Assembly: GCA_964562405.1 (NCBI GenBank)
Contig: CAZLTC010000001.1
Location: forward strand, 252 to 64,251
Origin: an uncultured bacterium
GTDB lineage: Bacteria > Joyebacterota > Joyebacteria > Joyebacterales > Joyebacteraceae
Direction of reading: 5' to 3'
Length of the DNA: 64,000 bases
Shown here: piece after piece, positions 56,020 through 64,000 of the stretch
Numbering within the stretch: the first letter of the stretch is position 1
How the letters are laid out: every line of letters starts with the position of its first letter
The notes under the pieces: model-generated
Databases searched by the model: none
Told to the model about the DNA's origin: nothing
Seen by the model: the letters and a program-made list of their open reading frames with translations, nothing else
Program-made: the position numbers and the translations under genes

Positions 56020-57423
56020 GTGACGAAGAAGCGCAGTGTCTTCGTGTGCAAGGAGTGCGGGAACGAGTCGCCGCGCTGGCTGGGGCGGTGCCCCGGGTGC
56101 GGGGAGTGGAACACGCTCGAGCAGCAGTCGGTCGCCACCGACGCCGGGCGTCCCGACAGGCCGAAGCAGGAGGCGGTCAGGCTCTCGGCCATCGAGGTCG
56201 ATGACGGCGGACGGATGGAGACCGGGCTCTCGGAGCTGGACCGCGTGCTGGGCGGGGGAATCGTGCCGGGGGTGGTCGTCCTCGTCGGGGGCGATCCCGG
56301 CATCGGCAAGTCGACCCTCCTTCTGCAGGCCAGCGATCTGCTCGCGTCGGCCGGCGAGACCGTCCTGTACGCGAGCGCCGAGGAGTCGAGGTCGCAGATC
56401 AAGCTCAGGGCCAGGAGATTGGGGATCGACTCCGAGCGGATCGTCGTGCTGGCCGACACCGATCTCGCGCGTGTTCTCGACGAGGCGGCGCGCCTCGAAC
56501 CCGGAGCACTCGTGCTCGACTCGATACAGGCGGTCGCGCACGGGGAGGCGACGGGTTCGGCCGGCAGCGTGTCTCAGGTGCGGGCGTGCGCGGCGGCGCT
56601 CGTCAGGCTGGCCAAGGAGACGGCTCTCCCGGTCTTCATAGTGGGGCACGTCACGAAGCAGGGCTCGATAGCGGGGCCGAGGATACTGGAGCACATGGTC
56701 GACACCGTGCTCTACTTCGAGGGCGACAAACGGCTTCCTTACCGAATACTGCGCGCCGTCAAGAACAGGTTCGGCTCGACTGACGAGATAGGCGTCTTCG
56801 AGATGACGTCGGGCGGGCTGGCGGAGGTCGAGGACCCGTCGGAGCTGTTCGTGACCGAGGGCAGGGGACCCGTGTCCGGGTCGATGGTCGTCGCGACTGT
56901 GGAGGGCACGAGGGCGCTCATGGTGGAAATACAGGCGCTGACCGGTCTCTCCAACTACGCGGTGCCGCAGCGCTCCAGCTCCGGTGTGGACAGGGGGCGG
57001 CTGCCGCTCGTGCTGGCCGTGCTCGAGAGGCGCGGCGGACTGAGCCTGGGCAACAGGGACGTCTTCGTGAACGTTGCCGGAGGCGTCAGGGTCGACGAGC
57101 CCGCGGCCGACCTCGCCATCGCGCTCTCGATAGCCTCCAGCTACTGGGACGTCCCGGTGGACGCACGGACCGCCGTCTTCGGCGAGATAGGCCTGGGAGG
57201 CGAGGTGAGACGCGTGGCGCTTTCCGGCAAGCGCGCGCAGGAGGCCGGCAGGCTGGGCTACAAAAGGGTCGTGGTGCCCGCGGGCGCCGTGCCGGCCGAG
57301 GAGCGCCCACCGGGCATCGAGTTCGTGGAGGTCCGCTCGATCTCGGAGGCCATCGAGGCCGTGCTCGGACGGCGGTCCGGACGCGCCGGGAGGCGGCAGG
57401 CAGAGGAACTGGAGGAGGTGTGA
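56020..57423 (+). CDS. radA: DNA repair protein RadA
   Basis: N-terminal zinc ribbon (CKECGNESPRWLGRCPGCGEW), RecA-like Walker A GDPGIGKST, KNRFG motif and Lon-like C-domain. Confidence 0.9.
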   Translation: MTKKRSVFVCKECGNESPRWLGRCPGCGEWNTLEQQSVATDAGRPDRPKQEAVRLSAIEVDDGGRMETGLSELDRVLGGGIVPGVVVLVGGDPGIGKSTLLLQASDLLASAGETVLYASAEESRSQIKLRARRLGIDSERIVVLADTDLARVLDEAARLEPGALVLDSIQAVAHGEATGSAGSVSQVRACAAALVRLAKETALPVFIVGHVTKQGSIAGPRILEHMVDTVLYFEGDKRLPYRILRAVKNRFGSTDEIGVFEMTSGGLAEVEDPSELFVTEGRGPVSGSMVVATVEGTRALMVEIQALTGLSNYAVPQRSSSGVDRGRLPLVLAVLERRGGLSLGNRDVFVNVAGGVRVDEPAADLAIALSIASSYWDVPVDARTAVFGEIGLGGEVRRVALSGKRAQEAGRLGYKRVVVPAGAVPAEERPPGIEFVEVRSISEAIEAVLGRRSGRAGRRQAEELEEV

Positions 57424-58607
57424 ACGTGGCGCGCGTCGGTGCGGTCGTCGTGGCCGCGGGTTCGTCCACGAGGGCCGGAGAGGGAACGCCGAAGCAGTTC
57501 CGCATGCTCGGAGCGAAGCCCATGTTCGTCGCCGCCGTCGAGCCGCTGCTCGGGGAGTGCGACGAGATCGTCGTGGTCGTGCCGGGCGGGTCGGAGAAGC
57601 GCGCGGCCTCGATGCTCCGCGCCGCCGGGCTGCCGGACGCGGGCGTCCGGTTCGTGGCCGGCGGCGAGCGAAGGCACGACTCCGTGGGGCGAGGCCTCGA
57701 CGCGCTCTCGCCGGACGTTGAGATCGTGATCGTCCACGATGCGGCGAGGCCGTTCGCCAGCGCCGGGCTGGTGGCACGCGTGGTCGCCGCGGCCGCGGAG
57801 CACGGGGCGGCCATACCGGTGATTCCGGTGACGGACAGCGTGAAGCGCGTGGACGCCGGGGCGGTCGTCGCATCGCTCGACCGCTCTGTCCTCTGGCTAT
57901 CGCAGACGCCGCAGGGTTTCAGGCGAGAGGTCCTCGAGCACGCGCGGGAGCTGTGCGTTGACGCAGAAGTGACCGATGACGCGCAATGCGTCGAGATGTC
58001 GGGCCATCCGGTTGCCGTTGTCGAGGGCGAGCCGGGGAACGTGAAGCTGACGCACGCCTCCGACCTCGAGGTCGCCGGCCTGCGGGTCGGTCGGGCGACC
58101 GGGCTCGACCGGCCGGCTCGTGTCGGCATCGGGAGCGACCTTCACAGGCTGGTTGCCGGAAGGAAACTCGTGCTGTGCGGTGTCGAGATACCGTTCGACA
58201 AGGGACTGGACGGCTGGTCCGACGCCGACGTGGCCACGCACGCCGTGATGGACGCGCTCCTGGGGGCCGTTGCCGAGAGGGACATCGGGCACCACTTCCC
58301 GCCGGGCGACGAGGAGCACAGGGACGCGTCGAGCATCGGGCTGCTCCGTAAGGTCGTGAAGCTGCTGCGCTCGAGGGGCTACACTCCATCGAGCATCGAC
58401 GTCACGATCGTCGCCGAGGCGCCAAGACTGTCGCTCTTCGTCGAAGACATGAGGCGCGCGCTCGCCGATGCGACCGGCCTGGCGCTGCGCGAGGTTTCCG
58501 TCAAGGCCACCACCACCGAGGGCACGGGCGCCGAGGGCGCGGGCGAGGCCATCTCCGCGAGCGCCGTGGCGGTCGTCAGGCCCACAGGGTACGCCGAGGG
58601 GGAGTAG
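57420..58607 (+). CDS. ispDF: bifunctional 2-C-methyl-D-erythritol 4-phosphate cytidylyltransferase / 2-C-methyl-D-erythritol 2,4-cyclodiphosphate synthase
   Basis: IspD N-half (VVAAGSSTRAG). IspF C-half (GIGSDLHRL...DADVATHAVMDALLGA). Confidence 0.9.
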   Translation: MNVARVGAVVVAAGSSTRAGEGTPKQFRMLGAKPMFVAAVEPLLGECDEIVVVVPGGSEKRAASMLRAAGLPDAGVRFVAGGERRHDSVGRGLDALSPDVEIVIVHDAARPFASAGLVARVVAAAAEHGAAIPVIPVTDSVKRVDAGAVVASLDRSVLWLSQTPQGFRREVLEHARELCVDAEVTDDAQCVEMSGHPVAVVEGEPGNVKLTHASDLEVAGLRVGRATGLDRPARVGIGSDLHRLVAGRKLVLCGVEIPFDKGLDGWSDADVATHAVMDALLGAVAERDIGHHFPPGDEEHRDASSIGLLRKVVKLLRSRGYTPSSIDVTIVAEAPRLSLFVEDMRRALADATGLALREVSVKATTTEGTGAEGAGEAISASAVAVVRPTGYAEGE

Positions 58608-58612
58608 GTCCG

Positions 58613-59845
58613 ATGCGCGCGTCGCGGGTCAGGGGTCTCATCGTCAACATCTGCGTTGCTGCGGCGTCCCTCGCGGTGACGTACCTGTTCATCGAGTTCG
58701 TGGTCTTCCCCAGGGTTCTGCCGCACGTGCCGCTGGGGCGGCAGATAGACCTCCACGAGGGAATACGGGCGCTCGCTCAGAGCTCCAAGTCAGGCACGCT
58801 TCCTCGCGACTACGTTGCCATCACTGGCGACTCATATGCTCAGGGCGTGGGCGACTGGGTCAGGACGGCCGACCAGGGGCGGAACCCCCCGTACAACGTC
58901 ACGCACATCTTGTACGAGCGGACGGGACGCGACGCCATCACATTCGGCGCGAGCGGTGCGGGGAGCTTGAGGGGCATCGTGGCGGAGCCTGTGACGCAGT
59001 ACGAGTTCATGAAGGCCACCGGGCGGTTTCGCATAGACGAGCCCGACGTCATGGTCGTCTACTTCTACGAGGGGAACGACCTCGACGACAACGTCCGTGA
59101 CGTGGCCGCCAGATACCACGGTCCGGGATGCCGCCCTGGAGAGCCCTTCGACGAGCGGGCGTTCGCGGCCTTCATAGACCGCACGATCGTCGATGAGGAC
59201 CCTCTCTACCGTCAGGCCGTGACGTTCCGGTGGTACGACAACATGTTCGTGGCCAACTTCATCTATCGTACGGCCCTGCGCACCGTGAAGTACGCGATCA
59301 ACGGCAAGGAGGCGTACGTGCCGCCGCTTCCGGAGTGGCACGAGGGACCGACGAACCGTGTCGTGGTTGGCGGCGAGGCCGTCGCTATCCCGGAGGGCCT
59401 GCAGGGACCCGCGCTGGAACTCACCGAGGATGAGATCGAGCTTGGCGTCGACGTGTTCGAGCAGGCGCTCATCTACCTGCGCGGCCGCTTCGCCGACTCG
59501 CGGATCGCCGTGCTCTACGTTCCGTCGCCGCTCTCGTCTTACGAACTGGCGTCGTCCGAGGTCACCTGTCAGACCTACCACGGTCGCGGGGACCGCTATC
59601 CCGCATCGCTCGTGCGCGAGAGGAGCGACGAGATCGCCAGCAGAGTGAGGGACGTGGCCGCGCGCGCGGGCTGCCCGTTCGCCGACGCGCGTCCCACCAT
59701 ACGTCGCGCGGCCGCGGAGCGCTTCGTCCACGGTCCGCTCGACTGGCGACATCTGAACAGGTACGGATTCGAGACGCTCGCCGATACGGTGCTCGGTCTC
59801 GTGGAGGAGTGCCGCCCGACAGCGAGCGAGGAGCAGACACGTTGA
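58613..59845 (+). CDS. membrane-anchored SGNH/GDSL-like hydrolase family protein
   Basis: N-terminal transmembrane helix. GDS-containing block (ITGDSYAQG). 410 aa. Confidence 0.45.
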   Translation: MRASRVRGLIVNICVAAASLAVTYLFIEFVVFPRVLPHVPLGRQIDLHEGIRALAQSSKSGTLPRDYVAITGDSYAQGVGDWVRTADQGRNPPYNVTHILYERTGRDAITFGASGAGSLRGIVAEPVTQYEFMKATGRFRIDEPDVMVVYFYEGNDLDDNVRDVAARYHGPGCRPGEPFDERAFAAFIDRTIVDEDPLYRQAVTFRWYDNMFVANFIYRTALRTVKYAINGKEAYVPPLPEWHEGPTNRVVVGGEAVAIPEGLQGPALELTEDEIELGVDVFEQALIYLRGRFADSRIAVLYVPSPLSSYELASSEVTCQTYHGRGDRYPASLVRERSDEIASRVRDVAARAGCPFADARPTIRRAAAERFVHGPLDWRHLNRYGFETLADTVLGLVEECRPTASEEQTR

Positions 59846-61302
59846 CCGACGGAGTCCGGGTAAGGTTCGCTCCGAGCCCAACGGGGCATCTTCACGTGGG
59901 TGGCGCCCGAACGGCGCTCTTCAACTGGCTGTTCGCGAAGCACGAGGGCGGCTCGTTCGTCGTGAGGATAGAGGACACCGACATCGCCCGCTCCTCGAAG
60001 GGGTCCGAGGCGGCCGTGCTCGGCGACCTGCGCTGGCTCGGACTCGACTGGGACGAGGGGCCGGACGTCGGAGGGCCGCACGGGCCGTACCGCCAGTCTG
60101 AGCGGGCGGCGATCTACCAGGAGCACGCCCGGAGGCTGGTGTCGGCCGGCCTCGCCTATCCATGCTATTGCACGGACGAGCAGCTCGGGGTCAAACGCAA
60201 GGCCGCCCTTGCCGCGGGGGCCGACCCCAGATACGACGGAACCTGCAGACACCTGACGGATGAGGAGCGTGCGGCCAAGGAGGCTCGGGGCCTGAGACCC
60301 GCGCTCAGGTTCCTTTCCGGCGACCGCGGCGTACGTGTGAAGGATGTGGTCAGGGGTGACGTCGAGTTCGGGAGCGAGATGCTCGGGGATTTCGTGATCC
60401 TGAGAGGCGACGGAAGGCCCACGTACAACTTCGCCGTCGTGGTGGACGATGCGCTGATGGAGATCACGCACGTCATTCGCGCGGAGGAGCACCTGCCTAA
60501 CACGATGAGGCAGGTCCTGCTGTACGAGGCGCTCGGCTACGAACGCCCGAGGTTCGCGCACGTTTCGCTCATCGTGGACAAGTACCGAAGCAAACTGTCG
60601 AAGCGCAGAGGTGCGACTTCCGTCGCGGAATTCAGGGAGCGCGGATATCTGCCCGGGGCGCTTCTGAACTACCTGGCGCTCCTGGGATGGTCACCTCCGG
60701 ACGACCGCGAGCTGCTCTCGAGACAGGAACTCGCGGAGTCGTTCGACATCTCGAGAGTGTCGTCGGCGCCGGCGGCATTCGACGAGGACAAGCTGGACTG
60801 GATCAACGCCCATCACATCCGGGAGGAGCCGCTAGACCGCGTGGTAGCCCTCGCTCGTCCCTTCGCTGAGGCAGCGGGTCTCGTCGAGCCGGATGAGTCC
60901 AGGTTCGCGTCGATGATCGACCTGGTGCGGCCGAGGCTCAGCAGGCTCTCGGATGTGCCGGCCGAGATCGCGATCTTCTTCGAGGGGCAGTGGGCCCCCG
61001 ATGACGACTCGCGCCGCGCTCTCTCCGAACCCGGGGCGCGCAGTGTGGTGCGCGCGGTCAGGGACCGGCTCGCTTCGGACGGCGGCGAGGTCACGGCCGA
61101 TTCGTTCAAGCAGCTTCTGTCGGACGTCGGCAGAGAGGTCGGTGTGAAGGGTAAGGACCTCTATGCGCCGGTGCGGGCGGCCATGACCGGCACCACGCAT
61201 GGGCCGGGGCTCGGAGAGATCGCGGCCATCATGGGCCGGGGGCTGGTCCTGCACAGGCTTGCCGAGGCTCTCTCTGGGCGAACGGAAAGGGCTTTGTCGT
61301 GA
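59842..61302 (+). CDS. gltX: glutamate--tRNA ligase
   Basis: HIGH motif (PTGHLHVGGART) and KMSKS motif (KLSKRRG). TTG at 59842. Confidence 0.9.
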   Translation: MTDGVRVRFAPSPTGHLHVGGARTALFNWLFAKHEGGSFVVRIEDTDIARSSKGSEAAVLGDLRWLGLDWDEGPDVGGPHGPYRQSERAAIYQEHARRLVSAGLAYPCYCTDEQLGVKRKAALAAGADPRYDGTCRHLTDEERAAKEARGLRPALRFLSGDRGVRVKDVVRGDVEFGSEMLGDFVILRGDGRPTYNFAVVVDDALMEITHVIRAEEHLPNTMRQVLLYEALGYERPRFAHVSLIVDKYRSKLSKRRGATSVAEFRERGYLPGALLNYLALLGWSPPDDRELLSRQELAESFDISRVSSAPAAFDEDKLDWINAHHIREEPLDRVVALARPFAEAAGLVEPDESRFASMIDLVRPRLSRLSDVPAEIAIFFEGQWAPDDDSRRALSEPGARSVVRAVRDRLASDGGEVTADSFKQLLSDVGREVGVKGKDLYAPVRAAMTGTTHGPGLGEIAAIMGRGLVLHRLAEALSGRTERALS

Positions 61303-62366
61303 AGATCGCAGTTCTCTACGGGGGAGTGTCCACGGAGCGGGAAGTCTCGCTCGTCACCGGAACGGCAGTGGGAGCGGCTCTGGCCGACCGTGGCCACGAC
61401 GTGCTCCTGATAGACACGGCGGTGGGGGACGTTCCGGTCGGCGCCCGCGAGGCCCAGGCCGCGGCACGGCTTGCCGGGCGGCCGGCGGCGCCACGGTCCT
61501 CGCGGGACAGCACGGCGAGAGCGGTCGCCGGCGAGGCCGTGGGGCAGGCGGACGTGGTGTTAATCGCCCTGCACGGCGCGGCGGGGGAGAACGGGACGGT
61601 TCAGGGCCTGCTGGAGCTGTCCGGAAAGCGCTACACCGGCTCCGGAGTCCTGGCCAGCGCCCTGGCGATGGACAAACGGATGTCGAAGCTCGCCTTCCGC
61701 GCGGCTGGTGTTCCGACGCCAGACTGGCGCGTGGTGACGGTGGAGTGCGCCCGGGTCGAGAGCCGGTGTGACGGTTCGCCTTCGTTTCCGGATGACCTCC
61801 CGCTCGAGTCGGCTGCAGAGGCTACGGGTGAACTCGGGGGATACCCGCTCATCGTCAAGCCCAACGACCAGGGCTCAACCGTCGGGCTGACGCTCGTGAC
61901 CCGCGGAGAGCAGCTCGCCGACGCGATCGCGCTCGCCGGGCGCTACGGGAGGAACGTGCTGCTCGAGACGTACATCCCCGGCCGGGAGCTGACGGTTGCG
62001 GTGCTCGAGGACAGGGCGTTGCCCCCGGTCGAGGTCGCTCCGCACAAAGGTCTCTACGACTACGAGAGCAAGTACACGAAGGGCATGACCGACTACACGT
62101 GCCCGGCCGACGTCCCGGCGGACACCGCGGTGGCGCTCGGGGAAAGCGGACTCGCGGCCTTCGCGGCGCTGGGCTGCAGCGGCTACGCCCGCGTCGACTA
62201 TCGCCTCGGTCCGGATGGCGCGTTCTGGTGCCTGGAGGTCAACACGGTGCCAGGTATGACCGAGTTCAGCCTCGTGCCCATGGCCGCCCGAGCGGCCGGG
62301 ATCGAGTTCGGCGAGCTCTGCGAGCGCATAGTGGGAACGGCCCTCCGGGGTTCCCGGTCCGGCTGA
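61299..62366 (+). CDS. ddl: D-alanine--D-alanine ligase
   Basis: N-domain (KIAVLYGGVSTEREVSL) and ATP-grasp C-domain. GTG start overlaps gltX. Confidence 0.9.
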   Translation: MKIAVLYGGVSTEREVSLVTGTAVGAALADRGHDVLLIDTAVGDVPVGAREAQAAARLAGRPAAPRSSRDSTARAVAGEAVGQADVVLIALHGAAGENGTVQGLLELSGKRYTGSGVLASALAMDKRMSKLAFRAAGVPTPDWRVVTVECARVESRCDGSPSFPDDLPLESAAEATGELGGYPLIVKPNDQGSTVGLTLVTRGEQLADAIALAGRYGRNVLLETYIPGRELTVAVLEDRALPPVEVAPHKGLYDYESKYTKGMTDYTCPADVPADTAVALGESGLAAFAALGCSGYARVDYRLGPDGAFWCLEVNTVPGMTEFSLVPMAARAAGIEFGELCERIVGTALRGSRSG

Positions 62367-62541
62367 GTGGCGGCCGGGTCAGGCGCCCGTGAGTGAGTGC
62401 GGTGGACCATCTGAGACGAAAGAGGGCCCTTGAAACGGCCCTGAAGCAGGGCGACTGCTGGCACATCTGATGCAGTATCGATGGGGAAACAAGGGCGCGG
62501 CGATGGCGCCCGGACCCGTCCGTACGGCACACACGGTCTGG

Positions 62542-62570
62542 GGCGGCCCATGTGGCCGCCTTGTTAAATG
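62542..62570 (+). terminator. candidate intrinsic terminator in the ddl 3' region
   Basis: GGCGGCC-CATGT-GGCCGCC hairpin followed by TTGTTAAAT. Confidence 0.35.
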
Positions 62571-62656
62571 ATTGTGTGGTAATGACTTGAAGGGTCCAGG
62601 GTGTGTCGCAGGGGGCACGGACCGTCGGGAAAGGCTACACTCGGCCTGCGAATCCT

Positions 62657-62685
62657 GTTGACCGGGGAGATGGCTGCCTGTAGCT
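62657..62685 (+). promoter_or_regulatory. candidate sigma70-like promoter upstream of the polysaccharide export locus
   Basis: TTGACC (62657-62662), 17-nt spacer, TAGCTT (62680-62685). Followed by a perfect 11-bp-stem hairpin (62697-62722) in the ~140-nt leader. Confidence 0.35.
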
Positions 62686-62831
62686 TTCCCCAGTGGCTCC
62701 CACGGCGGCCTGCGCCGCCGTGGGTGAGTTCGTAAGTGCCCAACAGCCGCACAATTGGTGGCTCCGCGCCCTCCGGCAGCGGTCGGGGAAGGCGTCGTCC
62801 TGGAACGTTTCAGTTCGCGGGGGAACAGCCG

Positions 62832-63854
62832 ATGTCGTACGGACGAGCATTGCAGATTGCTCTAGTTGTGGTGGCCGTCATACTGCCGGTCACCGAGGCC
62901 GCCTCACAGCTGCCATCGGACTACGAGATCGGCCCAGGAGACGTGTTGGCGATATCCGTCTGGCGACACCCGGATCTTGACAGGAGCGTGGTCGTTCGCT
63001 CGAACGGCACGGTCACATTCCCGCCGGTGGGTGACCTGACGGCCTCCGGGCTGACGCCGGTCGAGCTGTCGAGAGAGATCATGCAGCGCCTGCGCGATTA
63101 CACGCGTGAGACCACGCAGGTGACCGTTTCGATGGCTCAGTTCAACAGCCGCGCCATCTACCTGACCGGCCAGGTAGCTGCGCCGGGACGCTACAGCTTC
63201 GAACGTATTCCGGATCTGCTGCAGCTCCTGAGCCAGGCCGGAGGGCCGCTGCCGGGTGCCGACCTCTCGGCGGTCTCGATCGTGCGCCCTGCGGCCGGGG
63301 GCGCAGACGTGACGAGGGTCGACGTCGGCGCCTACATGAGGGGACAGGAGTCAGCCGCGCTGCCGGTTCTCCAACCCGGCGACACCGTGGACGTCCCATC
63401 GCTGGCGATGGGCGGCAGCGCCATGGGAGGCGCTGGGCTGGTCTACATACTGGGCGAGGTGACCACTCCCGGCGCGTACCCCGCGACCGACGGACTTGAT
63501 CTGCTGCAACTCATCGCGCTGGCGGGCGGAACCACTCCAGAGGCGAGACTGAACAACGTGGCCGTAGTCATGAACGGTGGAGGCAGCCAGGTCGTTGCCA
63601 CGGTGGATCTGGACAGGGTGATCGAGCACGGGACGGCTGATCCCTTCCTGCTGGGGTCTGGTGACAGGGTCGTCGTGCAGGGCAGGACGTCGAGCGTGCT
63701 CGCCCAGACGCTCGGAATAACCTCGACAGTGCTCGGGTACGGGCGCGACATCCTGTCCTCGTACCTGCTCTACCTGAGCGTTGACAGAGAACTGGCCGAC
63801 CGCCAGGCCAGAGCGGCGGCAGAGGCGTCAGCGGCCGAGGCGGCCGCCCAGTAG
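62832..63854 (+). CDS. polysaccharide export protein (Wza/Poly_export + SLBB domains)
   Basis: Signal sequence. Poly_export motif (PGDVLAISVW...DLDRSVVVRSNGTVTFPPVGDL) and SLBB repeats. ATG at 62832. Confidence 0.8.
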   Translation: MSYGRALQIALVVVAVILPVTEAASQLPSDYEIGPGDVLAISVWRHPDLDRSVVVRSNGTVTFPPVGDLTASGLTPVELSREIMQRLRDYTRETTQVTVSMAQFNSRAIYLTGQVAAPGRYSFERIPDLLQLLSQAGGPLPGADLSAVSIVRPAAGGADVTRVDVGAYMRGQESAALPVLQPGDTVDVPSLAMGGSAMGGAGLVYILGEVTTPGAYPATDGLDLLQLIALAGGTTPEARLNNVAVVMNGGGSQVVATVDLDRVIEHGTADPFLLGSGDRVVVQGRTSSVLAQTLGITSTVLGYGRDILSSYLLYLSVDRELADRQARAAAEASAAEAAAQ

Positions 63855-63875
63855 CGGGGGGAATACTGACCGGCA

Positions 63876-64000
63876 TGAGACAGTCGGACGCGACTCACGA
63901 GCAGGAGATCAAGACCCTGGACATTCGCTCCTACGTCAAGGCCATGTGGCGACGGAAGTGGCTGCTCATCATACCCGTCGCGGCGGCGGCAGTGGTCGGA
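63876..64000 (+). CDS. polysaccharide chain-length determinant (Wzz / GumC-like) protein, N-terminal fragment; continues beyond the window
   Basis: The ORF opens at the ATG at 63876 (MRQSDATHEQEIKTLDIRSYVKAMWRRKWLLIIPVAAAAVVG). The basic RRKWLL juxtamembrane motif followed by a transmembrane segment is typical of Wzz N-termini. Confidence 0.5.

Noticed and set aside
55993-57873. 626-aa ORF on the - strand antisense to radA/ispDF
   Set aside because: Arg/Pro-rich low-complexity translation. It overlaps confidently identified genes. GC-skew artefact.
62481-62570. 29-codon ORF (MGKQGRGDGARTRPYGTHGLGRPMWPPC) in the long ddl-wza intergenic region
   Set aside because: No RBS, Gly/Arg-rich composition typical of random GC-rich frames. 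The region is better explained by RNA hairpins.
1-64000. Search for tRNA/tmRNA/rRNA, CRISPR arrays, IS elements or integrases
   Set aside because: No cloverleaf-compatible conserved tRNA boxes, no repeat-spacer periodicity, and no transposase, integrase or recombinase-like ORF were seen in any frame. The window appears to be core chromosome with embedded accessory operons.

Overview
This is a high-GC (~68%) bacterial chromosomal window. About 58 protein-coding genes are densely packed, mostly on the + strand. No tRNA, rRNA, CRISPR array or mobile element was detected. The lineage is probably an environmental Gram-negative-type bacterium: one secreted peptidase carries a Por/T9SS-type C-terminal sorting domain, and both a SelB homologue and an RqcH/NFACT homologue are present.

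Most of the window is housekeeping:
- a ThyX-like protein, DUF1385, prfA, prmC, murA, selB and ispG;
- a conserved yicC-remA(DUF370)-gmk-rpoZ-coaBC-udg-phosphoesterase-dnaB-mlaEFD run;
- radA, ispDF, gltX and ddl;
- a Wza/Wzz-type exopolysaccharide export locus that begins at the 3' end.

The accessory content is concentrated in three places:
- A tightly overlapping 10-gene operon at 17280-28201. It combines a GNAT-like protein, an SCP-x-type thiolase with a DUF35 partner, a DUF2877/FdrA/DUF1116 trio (homologues of the E. coli AllFGH oxamate carbamoyltransferase), a cyclase-family hydrolase of the kynurenine-formamidase type, and a three-subunit xanthine-dehydrogenase-family molybdenum hydroxylase. 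I interpret it as an uncharacterised catabolic pathway for an N-heterocycle or ureide.
- A secreted proteolysis repertoire. It includes a signal-peptide tricorn-protease homologue with an acidic insert, and a papain-like C1 peptidase with a T9SS sorting tail preceded by a cysteine-rich PPC-domain protein. It also includes an S9 peptidase co-operonic with a lipoprotein, a bacterial serpin and msrB.
- A group of three SAM-methyltransferases, arfB and a MOSC-domain protein downstream of a UMF1-family MFS transporter.

Several perfect palindromes, two sigma70-like promoters and intrinsic-terminator-like hairpins lie in the few long intergenic gaps.
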